Origin: Acidimicrobiia bacterium
GTDB taxonomy: Bacteria > Actinomycetota > Acidimicrobiia > IMCC26256 > JACDBD01
DNA: 64,000 nt
Assembly: GCA_036005605.1 (NCBI GenBank)
Contig: DASYQJ010000251.1
Coordinates: forward strand, 1,105 to 65,104
Direction of reading: 5' to 3'
Part shown: positions 48,063 through 59,057 of the stretch, one piece after another
Position numbering within the stretch: position 1 is the first letter of the stretch
Layout: each line of letters begins with the position of its first letter
Made by a program: the position numbers and the translations under genes
The notes under the pieces: generated by a model
Databases searched by the model: none
Told to the model about the DNA's origin: nothing
The model's input: the letters and a program-made list of their open reading frames with translations, nothing else

Positions 48063-48275
48063 GAGCGGGAGAGACCCCCGACGCGCTGCTGGCGGGCCGG
48101 GGGAGCCGAAGGAGCAACCGTCCCCGGAAACTCTCAGGCGAACGGACCGCTCGGGCGAGGCGCCTCTGGAGAGCAGGCCCGGCCCGCCATAGGCAAGAGG
48201 GCGAGTCGGACCTCACCGACGGGGAAAGCCCGGTCCGTACCGGCCGGGTGAATCTCTCAGGTTCCGGGACAGAGC
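48063..48275 (+). promoter_or_regulatory. Tandem glycine riboswitch
   Basis: Aptamer 1: GGGAGAG...GCCGAAGGAGCAA...AAACTCTCAGGCGAACGGAC. Aptamer 2: CTGGAGAG...CACCGACGGGGAAAGCC...AATCTCTCAGGTTCCGGGAC. Immediately 5' of gcvP. Confidence 0.9.
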
Positions 48276-48354
48276 GGGGAACGGCCACGAACGTGGTGGC
48301 CACCGCAGACCGGCGCGGCGTGGGCACACGCCGAACGACGAACCGGAGGAGCCG

Positions 48355-51231
<2,877 letters not shown>

Positions 51232-51234
51232 GCG

Positions 51235-51636
51235 TCAGGCGACCGCGGTCGCCTCGAGTTCGACCATCAACTCCGGGAACGCGAGCCGCGCCACGCCGAG
51301 GAGCGTGCCCGGCGGCGCCACCCCCGCGGCACCCGTCCGCTCACTGAGCGCGCCGCCCCCGATGCCGATGAAAGCGTCGACGTCGGTCGTGTAGATGTTC
51401 AGGCGTACGACGTTCGCCAAGCCCATCCCTGCGCCGCGCAACACCGCCTCGAGGTTGTCCACGGCGAGCGAGATCTGCCCCGCCATGTCCCCGGCAAACT
51501 GCGGGGAGCCCTCACCGTCCACGGAGGTCTGGCCGGCACAGAACAAGACACGCTGCCCACCTTCGACGATCTCGCCCTGGTTGAACCCGAACTCCAGCGA
51601 CCACTGCCACGGGTTGACTGCTGTGCGTTGGACCAT
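51235..51636 (-). CDS. RidA/YjgF family protein
   Basis: 133 aa from ATG 51636 (MVQRTAVNPW...). YjgF-like pattern (...NVVRLNIYTTD...). The longer tracked ORF is rejected. Confidence 0.7.
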   Translation of the reverse strand: MVQRTAVNPWQWSLEFGFNQGEIVEGGQRVLFCAGQTSVDGEGSPQFAGDMAGQISLAVDNLEAVLRGAGMGLANVVRLNIYTTDVDAFIGIGGGALSERTGAAGVAPPGTLLGVARLAFPELMVELEATAVA

Positions 51637-51708
51637 GCTGCTTCCCTCACTCTCACCGATCACGGGACCACTCGTAGCGTAGGGTCGACCGCCGTGGCAC
51701 ACCCGCGG

Positions 51709-52077
51709 ATGTACAGCGACGACGATCCGTACCTCACCGAGCTCCGTGACGTCTGCCTCGCGTTCCCCGAGTCGTGCGAGGTCGAGGCGTGGGGGAGGCC
51801 GACCTTCCGTGCCGGCAAGAAGATGTTCGCCGTCTTCTCGGGGACCGAGGATCGGCCCTGGGGCGTCATCTTCAAGCCCGAGCCCGACGAGCGACCCGCG
51901 CTCCTCGAGGACCCGCGCTTCTATGTGCCCGCGTACTTCGGTCCCAGCGGATGGCTCGCGCTCGACCTCGGGGCCTGCAAGCGCGTCGACTGGGGCGAGG
52001 TCACCGAGCTCATCGATAGCTCGTACCGCCAGGTCGCCCTCAGGCGCATGCTCAAGGCCCTGGAGGAGCGAGGGTGA
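51709..52077 (+). CDS. MmcQ/YjbR family DNA-binding protein
   Basis: 122 aa from ATG 51709. LRDVCLAFPE...WGRPTFRAGKKMFA pattern. Confidence 0.7.
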   Translation: MYSDDDPYLTELRDVCLAFPESCEVEAWGRPTFRAGKKMFAVFSGTEDRPWGVIFKPEPDERPALLEDPRFYVPAYFGPSGWLALDLGACKRVDWGEVTELIDSSYRQVALRRMLKALEERG

Positions 52078-52114
52078 ACCCACGCCGGGATGCCGCTTGG
52101 GTGAATCGTGGGCT

Positions 52115-52142
52115 AGTTAACATAACCGGGATTATGGGCGGC
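52115..52142 (-). other. dif: Candidate dif site (XerC/XerD chromosome dimer resolution site)
   Basis: The minus strand reads GCCGCCCATAA-TCCCGG-TTATGTTAACT. Against E. coli dif GGTGCGCATAA-TGTATA-TTATGTTAAAT, the XerD arm matches 10/11 and the XerC arm 8/11. Lies in a convergent intergenic gap at the point where gene orientation switches. Confidence 0.7.
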
Positions 52143-52193
52143 GTGGGGTAGCGGTCGCCTGGCGGCGGCGTGAGCCACTTCGCCCATAATCCT
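52128..52193. repeat. Inverted repeat formed by the dif XerC arm and a second, isolated XerC-arm-like half-site
   Basis: ATTATGGGCG (52131-40) and CGCCCATAAT (52181-90) are perfect 10-bp inverted repeats, extendable to 12-13 bp. 52179-89 TTCGCCCATAA has no adjoining XerD arm. Confidence 0.6.
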
Positions 52194-52199
52194 CTGGGG

Positions 52200-53009
52200 T
52201 CATGCACCCCTGGCGTGCTGTGGGCCTTGCTCGACGGCCCTCTGGGCCGTCTCGAGGGACGTGTCGGGTTGGAAGGCCTCGAGCCACCAGGTGGCGCCGG
52301 CAGACTCGTATTCGTGCGGAGGCGCGCTCGCCGTCCACGAGACGACGGCTACGTCGAATGGAGCATCGGCTGTCCGGTGCCGGTCGATCTCGCTGAGAAG
52401 CTCTGTGATCGCCTTGGGTGGGAGGTCGCCGATGGGGACGACGCCGTCGTACCGGGCGGCTCGGCGGAGGGGGGCTCGGACTGGCGAGTGGGCGCCGCAC
52501 CAGATGGGGATGCGCGGTTGTTGGAGTGGACGGGGGAGGAAGCGCACGCCGTCGACGTGAAAATGGGGGCCGGAGTGGTGGACCGACTCCCCCGTCCAGA
52601 GCTGCGTGAGGATCTCCAGTCCCTCGTCGAGGAGCTCGGCGCGCGTGCGGTCGTCGCTCGGCTCGCCGAAGGCGCTGAACTCCCGGGAGTGGTCGGTACC
52701 GATGCCGGCGCCGAGGACGAGGCGGCCGCGCGACAGGTGGTCGAGGCTGACGGCCTCGCGCGCGAGCTTCCATGGGCGGCGGCGTGGGATCGGCGTGATG
52801 AGGGGGCCGATGCGGAGGCGGTCGGTGCGCGCCGCGATCGCGGCCAGGGCGATCCAGGCGTCGACGTAGGGGCCGTCGATGCGGTGCATGACGTGGTCCC
52901 AGAGGAAGAAGCCGTCCCAGCCACTCCCCTCGGCTGCGACCGCCAGGTCGACCAGGGCCGCCGGGTCCCCGAACGGGCCGAACGGCGGCAGGAAGATCCC
53001 CCGCTTCAC
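52200..53009 (-). CDS. LLM-class flavin/F420-dependent oxidoreductase
   Basis: 269 aa from GTG 53009 (VKRGIFLPPFG...). Luciferase-like TIM-barrel pattern (GWDGFFLWDH, RLVLGAGIG). Confidence 0.75.
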   Translation of the reverse strand: MKRGIFLPPFGPFGDPAALVDLAVAAEGSGWDGFFLWDHVMHRIDGPYVDAWIALAAIAARTDRLRIGPLITPIPRRRPWKLAREAVSLDHLSRGRLVLGAGIGTDHSREFSAFGEPSDDRTRAELLDEGLEILTQLWTGESVHHSGPHFHVDGVRFLPRPLQQPRIPIWCGAHSPVRAPLRRAARYDGVVPIGDLPPKAITELLSEIDRHRTADAPFDVAVVSWTASAPPHEYESAGATWWLEAFQPDTSLETAQRAVEQGPQHARGA

Positions 53010-53482
53010 TCGCGCCGGTCGAGCGCGCGATGCATCACGAGCGCGCGCGCCGTGAACCCGGACCCCTCGAAGAAGTTCTTCGTCGTCCGATGGCCCGGCA
53101 GCGCGAGGGCATCGATGCCGGTGCAACCGCGCGTCGCGCAGAACGCCACCAGATCGTCCGCCATCGCCTCCCCCACCCCGACGGCGCGAGCACCGGGCTC
53201 CACGAAGATGTCGCTGATGACGCCGAGCGTCTCGCCCGTCCGGAGGCGCTCGAGTGCGACCACACCGAAGCCCACGATCATCTCGTCCACCGTCCCGACG
53301 ACCACCAACGCGTCGTCCCGGTCGATGAGCGCGCCGTAGGCATCCTCGAACGGCTCGGCGATCGCCTCGCGTGCAGACCACAGCGCGCCGCCCTTCATGG
53401 GCACGAGCTCCTCGCGTGCAAGCTCGGCCAGCTCGGCGATGCGCGGCAGGTCCTCGGCGATGGCGGGACGACTGCCCTCCAT
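53006..53482 (-). CDS. GNAT family N-acetyltransferase
   Basis: 158 aa from ATG 53482. Acetyl-CoA-binding-type segment IFVEPGARAVGVGEAM. Stop overlaps the start of the LLM gene (GTGA). Confidence 0.75.
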   Translation of the reverse strand: MEGSRPAIAEDLPRIAELAELAREELVPMKGGALWSAREAIAEPFEDAYGALIDRDDALVVVGTVDEMIVGFGVVALERLRTGETLGVISDIFVEPGARAVGVGEAMADDLVAFCATRGCTGIDALALPGHRTTKNFFEGSGFTARALVMHRALDRRE

Positions 53483-53492
53483 GGATGGGCGC

Positions 53493-54089
53493 TCAGCCGG
53501 TGAGTTGTTCGATCTTGTACAAGATCGTGCGCCGCGACCGGTGTGCTTCCTCGTACGCGCGCACGGCATCGAGCTCGCCCGCCTGCAGGCCGTCGAGGCG
53601 CTCCACGACCTGCGAGGCCGACAACTCGTCGTAGTCGGGGATCCCGAGCGTCGCCGCCTTCGGCGCTGCGCTCGCGCTGGTCGACTCCCCCGCCGGCTCG
53701 CTCGCCGCGCTCGGGCTCGGTGCCGCCGCGGGTTCCGCTGGCGCGTGCCTCGCCGGCGGCGGGGCATCGTCGGCCGCGTCGGGGAACTCGCTCTCGTCGT
53801 CGCCACCGCCGAGCACGGCCTCCGCGCTCTTGCGGGCCATGGCGATCCCCTTCTCCACGTGCTCGAGGACCTTGGGCCCGCCGAAGTTCACCGCGAACTC
53901 CCCCATCGCCTTCGCCTGCGCGACCTGACCTTGCGCCTGTTGACGGCGTTGCCCGAGCTCGGCCCGGCCCCGCGACACGAACAGGTTGACGAACGTGGGA
54001 ACGGTGTCGCGCAGGTACAACGCGACACCGACGGGCGCGTACACGAGCAGGTCGATCGCCCGTTCGGCCGTCTTCTGGTCGTCGCTCAC
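53493..54089 (-). CDS. Conserved actinobacterial hypothetical protein
   Basis: 198 aa. N-terminal amphipathic region, Ala/Pro-rich linker, C-terminal IPDYDELSASQVVERLDGL...RTILYKI helical motif. GTG start overlaps the lnt stop. Confidence 0.7.
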   Translation of the reverse strand: MSDDQKTAERAIDLLVYAPVGVALYLRDTVPTFVNLFVSRGRAELGQRRQQAQGQVAQAKAMGEFAVNFGGPKVLEHVEKGIAMARKSAEAVLGGGDDESEFPDAADDAPPPARHAPAEPAAAPSPSAASEPAGESTSASAAPKAATLGIPDYDELSASQVVERLDGLQAGELDAVRAYEEAHRSRRTILYKIEQLTG

Positions 54090-55651
54090 GTCACCCTCCC
54101 GCTCCCGACTGGCTCGCGCGGTTCCGCGGCGAGTTTAGGGAACGTCGCCGGGGGCCGGCGCACGCGGCTCGCGACCGCGGCCCCGAGGAGCAGCAGCGCG
54201 CTGACGGCCACCACCCACTCCCCGAAGCGCACGTACGGCGTCTCGCCGGTGGTCGTCGTGACCGTGTCGGTGACGACGGCGCGTTGGAACAGCTCCGTCG
54301 TGTTGCGCACGTCGCCGTCGGCGTCGATGACCGCGCTCTTCCCCGAGATCGATGCCTGGACGAACGGGCGCCCCGTCTCCGCCGCCCGCATCTGCGTCTG
54401 GGCGACGTGCTGGGCCGAGTTGCCCGAGCGTCGGTACGAGCGGTTGTTCGTGCTCACGACGACGACCTCGGCGCCGCGGTGGACGAAGTCCCGGACGAGC
54501 GGCCCGAACGCCGACTCGAAGCAGATCACCGTGGCCAGCCGGTGGCCCTTGACCCGGAAGATCGTCCGCTCCTTCCCCGGCGTGTAGTCGTACGGGATCC
54601 GGTCGACGATCCCGGTCCAATCGACGAGCGAGCGGAACGGCACGTACTCGCCGAACGGGACGAGATGCTCCTTGGAGTACGTTCCCGTGAGACGCCCGTC
54701 CGGGGTGTAGAGCAGGTTCTGGTTGAACTCGCGTCCGTCGGGTGCCGGGACGGCCGCGTTGGCGAGCACGTCCGCACCGTGCGCGGCCCCCACCGCGACC
54801 AGGCGGTTGCGGAGGCTCGGGTTGCTCTCGGGGCTGAAGTCGTCGAGCGACGATTCGGGGAACACCACGAGGTCGTACTGGCCCCGCAGCTGGTTCGCGA
54901 GCGCGAAGTGCTGCTCGGTGAGGTAGCCGCTGCGCTTCTCTTCGGTGGTCAGGTAGCGGTCCTGGTCGTTGCCCTGGAGCGTGGCGACCCGCAGCTCTCC
55001 CGAGGGATGGGTCTGGTAGCGCGCCACGTCGGCAACGGCGACGAGCGCGGCGACCACGCCGACGCCCGCGGTCGCGACGAGGATCGATCGCCGCCCGTGC
55101 GCGCGGAGCGCGACGGCAAGCTCGACGAGATAGGCGTTGAACACGACGAGTACGAACGAGACGAGCGCGACGCCGCCCCAGCTCGCGACCGCGCGCGCGG
55201 GCGGGAAGTCGTGGAGCGCCACGCCGAGATCACCCCACGGCAGCCCGCCGAAGGGCCAGCGGCCGCGCAGTGCCTCGGGCACCACCCATGCCGCCGCGAT
55301 GAGCCACGGTGATCGAAGACCGGCGCGGTTGAGGCAGCCGACGAGGTACCCGGTGAGGGCCGTGTACGCCGCCCATGCGGCGACGAGCGGCACGATCGCG
55401 ATGATCCCGAAGTACCAGAGCCAGTACAGGAGGATCCCGGCGAACACGATGCCGAAGACGAACCCGTACAGCGCAGCGTGACCAGGCGTCTCTCCCCGCC
55501 ACGCCCAGAGCAGCGGGACCAGCGCCACCAGCGCCAGCACACCGATGTCGAACGCAGGGAACGCCAGCGCCAGGAGGAGACCCGAGAGCGCCGCCGCCCC
55601 CATGCGGCGTTGTACCCCGCGATCGCGCAGGACCCTGCCGATGCGACTCAT
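54086..55651 (-). CDS. lnt: Apolipoprotein N-acyltransferase
   Basis: 521 aa. N-terminal polytopic domain plus a CN-hydrolase domain (VVFPES, LVPFGEYVP, VICFES). Confidence 0.9.
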   Translation of the reverse strand: MSRIGRVLRDRGVQRRMGAAALSGLLLALAFPAFDIGVLALVALVPLLWAWRGETPGHAALYGFVFGIVFAGILLYWLWYFGIIAIVPLVAAWAAYTALTGYLVGCLNRAGLRSPWLIAAAWVVPEALRGRWPFGGLPWGDLGVALHDFPPARAVASWGGVALVSFVLVVFNAYLVELAVALRAHGRRSILVATAGVGVVAALVAVADVARYQTHPSGELRVATLQGNDQDRYLTTEEKRSGYLTEQHFALANQLRGQYDLVVFPESSLDDFSPESNPSLRNRLVAVGAAHGADVLANAAVPAPDGREFNQNLLYTPDGRLTGTYSKEHLVPFGEYVPFRSLVDWTGIVDRIPYDYTPGKERTIFRVKGHRLATVICFESAFGPLVRDFVHRGAEVVVVSTNNRSYRRSGNSAQHVAQTQMRAAETGRPFVQASISGKSAVIDADGDVRNTTELFQRAVVTDTVTTTTGETPYVRFGEWVVAVSALLLLGAAVASRVRRPPATFPKLAAEPREPVGSGRVT

Positions 55652-55707
55652 CAGGTCATGCTCGCATTCGGAGCCTTCGCGACGGTGTCAGCCCGATCCG
55701 ATGGCTG

Positions 55708-56196
55708 TCACGCGCAGTCGCGGCAGAGCATGCGCTTGGCGTCGGCGAGCTGGCTGCGTGGGAGCACGAGGAAGCACGACGCGCAGAGGAACTCGCCCGG
55801 GCGCCGGGGAACGATGCGTGCGGGCCCGTCGCCGCGTTCATCGACGTCGGGCTCCTCCTCCTCGGCCTCCTCCTCTTCGTCCTCGAGCGTCGCGCTCGCG
55901 GTCCGCTCCTGGAGCAGGACGTCGAGCGGCTCCTCGACGTCGTCGGGGTGCAGCTCCTCGTCGAGGTCGACGACATCCTCTTCTTCGTCGGTCGTCTCGG
56001 CCGCGGCCTTCGCCGGCTCCGCCACCACGACCTCGCCCTCGACGTCGTCTTCCCCATCGGTCTCGTCGTCGATCGCGACGGCCTCGTCGTCTTCGAGGTC
56101 GTCGTCTTCGAGCTCGTCTGCGTCTTCGAGGTCGGGCTCGTCGAGGGATTCCTCGTCGAGCTCGGGCTCTTCCTCGTCGAGGTCGTTGTCGCTCAT
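55708..56196 (-). CDS. DUF4193 family protein with long acidic N-terminus
   Basis: C-terminus GEFLCASCFLVLPRSQLADAKRMLCRDCA, as in Rv2699c-type proteins. The first ~110 aa are about 50% D/E. Confidence 0.85.
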   Translation of the reverse strand: MSDNDLDEEEPELDEESLDEPDLEDADELEDDDLEDDEAVAIDDETDGEDDVEGEVVVAEPAKAAAETTDEEEDVVDLDEELHPDDVEEPLDVLLQERTASATLEDEEEEAEEEEPDVDERGDGPARIVPRRPGEFLCASCFLVLPRSQLADAKRMLCRDCA

Positions 56197-56371
56197 GGGT
56201 GTTCAGCTCCGCGAGGCGTCTGCCGGAAGGAACGGCCCCCGCTGCGCCTCGCTGACCGGCGGGTTCCGGGGCCGTGGGGCCGCGGAGTATAACGCCGCGT
56301 CCCCAAGGTGCTGCACAACGGGGCGACGTGCTCGCGCATTCCCCACGAGCTGGCGCGCCCGGCCGGCAATG

Positions 56372-56474
56372 AGAGAACGAGGGGGCCCAGGAGACCGTTG
56401 GGGCCACTGTTTGGCCCGCACTGCCCTGGCAGCGAGGTTATTCCAGCGTTCTCTACTTGGTCTCCCGGACCCCC
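56372..56474 (-). ncRNA. Candidate structured RNA or leader element in a 480-bp ORF-free gap
   Basis: 16 contiguous base pairs form between 56474-56459 and 56396-56381 on the minus strand, including 2 G-U pairs. On the plus strand those two positions are C-A mismatches. Two internal hairpins and a flanking 8-nt complementary pair are also present. Confidence 0.3.
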
Positions 56475-56677
56475 AACACCCCGCACCGCCCCTTCCGAAC
56501 GAGCTCCGCGGCATCGCCACCGGAAGATCCACGACCGGCATCACGGCGCAGGGGTGACGAGTAGTACGCCCGAGATCCGCAGCCGTGTCAAGCGCTGGGC
56601 GCGTTCGGGGCGGCGTCGTGACCAGCACCGTCGCGCGTCGATGCTGCTCAGCGCGCTGCGAGATTTTTTCGCTCGAT

Positions 56678-58282
56678 CTACGACCGCGGCGCGGCGCGGC
56701 GTTGCTCGGCGGCGCGCTCGGCCGTCAGGCGCTCCAGCTCGTACGTCGTGTGATCGACGTGACGCATCGCCGCCGCGACGGCGCGGTGACCTGCCTCGTC
56801 CGCGATGAGCCGGTGCATCTCCTGGCAGACCCGACGGTAGGCGGGATGACCTTGGGGCGAGGTGCGCAACTCGAGCATGTGCATCGCCTCGCGGGCGTTC
56901 ATCTGGACGGCGAACCGGACGCGGTACGCGAGGGACACCGCGTAGGGGGCCTGCTCCGGAAGCGCGGGCGCCAGGGCGTCGTACAGGGCGGCCGAGACCG
57001 CCATGGCGTCCTCGAAGGACTCGGCCAGGCCCGCCTCGGCGACCGCTTCGGGGACGTCGTAGCCGTAGGCGGGCGACAGCGGCTGCCACTCGATCGTCAG
57101 CATCCGGTGGCGCTGGAGGTCCCGGAATGCGCCGTAGTCGCACAGGACGTCGAACCGGTAGTCGGTGCGCTCGAAGGCCCGGCCCGGCTTGTGGCGCCGG
57201 TTCGACCGGTCCCCCACGTACGCGCGCAGCAGGGCCACGCGCTCGTCGGCCGAGAGGCGCCGGACCCGCGCCAGGATCTGGTCCTCGGGGAGGTTCGTGT
57301 GCGGATAGCACACCGCGGCCAGGAGCTTCTCTTCGCCGTCCGGGTCGAAGTCGGTGAGGACGACGGCGGGGCGCGGCTCGGGCGCGTCACCGGCGAGCAA
57401 GCGGTCGACGACATCGGCGGTTGCCTGGCGCGTCCCGGTGAGGTACTCGGTCCAGGCGCCGCCGCGCTCGGGCCGGTCGACGCGGGTCAGGAACGACGGG
57501 ATGACCTTCCGCAGCTCGTGGAGCATCATCGCCGCGTACTGCTGCGCCTCCGGGAGCGGGTGCGCGCGCATGCGCAGCAGCAGCGCCTCGAATGCCTGGC
57601 CCGTGCCGTAGATGCCGACGTTCGACAACGTCGCCCCCGGGAGGATGCCGCGGGCGGCGTCACACGCCTTCGCCTTGATCGTCTGCTTGTACACGAAGTC
57701 TGAGTCGCCGGCCTCCTTCGGGTACCGGGCGCGCGCCCACTCCATGAGCTCGGGGAGCATGCGGGCGTACGTGTCGAAGAGCACGTCCAGGTCGGCCACG
57801 TAGCGCGCCCCGAGCGGCGAGCGGGCGATCTCCGGGTCGCGCCAGTACCGGTACCTGCCCCCGAGGCGGCTGTCGTAGGGGATGTAGCGCGTCGACTGCT
57901 CGAGGTACGCCATGAGGCGGCCCCACTCGAGGATCTTTGTGAGCAGGTTCGACGCCTGCTCGCATGCCAGGTGCACGCCTCCGAGCTGGGCGACCGAATC
58001 GTCGCCGTACTCGAAGAACACTCGGTCGTAGAGCTCCTCCGCCCGCCGGAGCCCGACGGTGGCGTCGACGGTGAGATCGCCGGTGAGGTCGAGGTCCCCG
58101 ACGAACTCGTCGAGGAACAGGCGCCGCAGGCTCTTGGACGACCGCGAATAGCGGGCGAAGAGCGCTCCCTTCACGACTTCGGGCAGGTTCACGAGCGCGA
58201 AGACGGGCGCGTCGAGGTTCGTGAAATACGGGCGCAGCACCGCCTGCTCCTGGTGGGTGAAGCGCTCGGGCACGTATTGCAT
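56678..58282 (-). CDS. Double-length ThyX-like (Thy1 family) protein
   Basis: 534 aa from ATG 58282. Two ThyX-like halves. Only the C-terminal half carries an RHR-type motif (DLQRHRMLTIEW). Confidence 0.75.
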   Translation of the reverse strand: MQYVPERFTHQEQAVLRPYFTNLDAPVFALVNLPEVVKGALFARYSRSSKSLRRLFLDEFVGDLDLTGDLTVDATVGLRRAEELYDRVFFEYGDDSVAQLGGVHLACEQASNLLTKILEWGRLMAYLEQSTRYIPYDSRLGGRYRYWRDPEIARSPLGARYVADLDVLFDTYARMLPELMEWARARYPKEAGDSDFVYKQTIKAKACDAARGILPGATLSNVGIYGTGQAFEALLLRMRAHPLPEAQQYAAMMLHELRKVIPSFLTRVDRPERGGAWTEYLTGTRQATADVVDRLLAGDAPEPRPAVVLTDFDPDGEEKLLAAVCYPHTNLPEDQILARVRRLSADERVALLRAYVGDRSNRRHKPGRAFERTDYRFDVLCDYGAFRDLQRHRMLTIEWQPLSPAYGYDVPEAVAEAGLAESFEDAMAVSAALYDALAPALPEQAPYAVSLAYRVRFAVQMNAREAMHMLELRTSPQGHPAYRRVCQEMHRLIADEAGHRAVAAAMRHVDHTTYELERLTAERAAEQRRAAPRS

Positions 58283-58370
58283 GCGGCGGTCCGGGTCCGG
58301 TGGACGGGACGCTGATCGTACCGGCGCCTCTCGACGGGTCGGCGGATGGCCGGGAGCCGCCCCGCGCCGT

Positions 58371-59057
58371 CTACACGAGCAGCCGGATGGCGGCCGGGAC
58401 GAGCGTGACCACGAACCTGCCCGTCCGGCCGTGCGGGCGTCCGTCGACCTCGACCGGGAGACGGCGTCCGGCGACCTCGACCTCGACCCGGCGTGCCCGC
58501 CCGCTGCGGACGCCGGGGTGTGGGACGTGCGTGCCGGTCGGGAGCCGGCGGCGCATCCCGCGGCGGGCCCGGCGCCCGAGCGCGTACACCTGGACCTCCG
58601 CCCAGCTGTCTCCCGGGTGGCCGCGCGGCACGAGGTCCCTTCCCCGCAGGAACTGGCCGTTCGCCACGACCACAGTGGTGGCGCGACCGGAGAACCAGGC
58701 CCGCCCGTCGACACGCACGGTGATGTCCGATGCGCGGGCGGTCCACCGCAGCCGATCCGGCGGCGGCCCGAGCACCACCACGTTGACGGCATCGACGGCG
58801 TCGGCGTCGCCGACGGCATCGTCGTCAGGATCGATCGCGAGCGCGTCGATCGCGACCTCGGTGGTGCCCGCACCGTCGGACCCGAGCCCGAGGGCGCGGG
58901 CGAGGTCGGACCGTGGCGACGGCCGGAATCGCACGAGCGCACCGGGGTGGCACGCCGCGGCGGCGACGAGATCGGCGTCGTCGCCCACGACCTCGACGTC
59001 GGGCGGGGCGGAGGCGGCGTGCCCCCACGGCTCGCCGGGGCGCAGCGGACGCGTCAC
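58371..59057 (-). CDS. Hypothetical protein resembling the C-terminal beta-sandwich of DAG-kinase/NAD-kinase-like lipid kinases
   Basis: 228 aa from GTG 59057 (GTGA overlap with the helY stop). VVVANGQFLRGRDLVPRGHPGDSWAEVQV and ...VEVDGRP... resemble the YegS/DAGK C-domain. No GGDGT N-domain. Confidence 0.5.
   Translation of the reverse strand: MTRPLRPGEPWGHAASAPPDVEVVGDDADLVAAAACHPGALVRFRPSPRSDLARALGLGSDGAGTTEVAIDALAIDPDDDAVGDADAVDAVNVVVLGPPPDRLRWTARASDITVRVDGRAWFSGRATTVVVANGQFLRGRDLVPRGHPGDSWAEVQVYALGRRARRGMRRRLPTGTHVPHPGVRSGRARRVEVEVAGRRLPVEVDGRPHGRTGRFVVTLVPAAIRLLV

Noticed and set aside
56300-56530. 6C RNA, SRP RNA, RNase P or tmRNA in the 480-bp gap
   Set aside because: No paired hairpins with runs of six or more C in their loops, no GGUGCUGUUUACC/GGAAGCAGCC-type SRP core, no GAGGAAAGUCC (RNase P), and no tRNA-like end with a tag ORF.
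56647-56669. Weak stem followed by a T6 run as an intrinsic terminator on the plus strand
   Set aside because: The best stem is only 3-4 bp. The run may simply be the AT-rich end of the thyX-like 3' region. Kept only as a remark in the gap finding.
56203-56808. ORFs 56203..56628 (-) and 56308..56808 (+) as protein-coding explanations for the long gap
   Set aside because: Arg/Pro/Gly-rich low-complexity translations, no SD, and overlap with each other and with the thyX-like gene. The region is better explained as non-coding.
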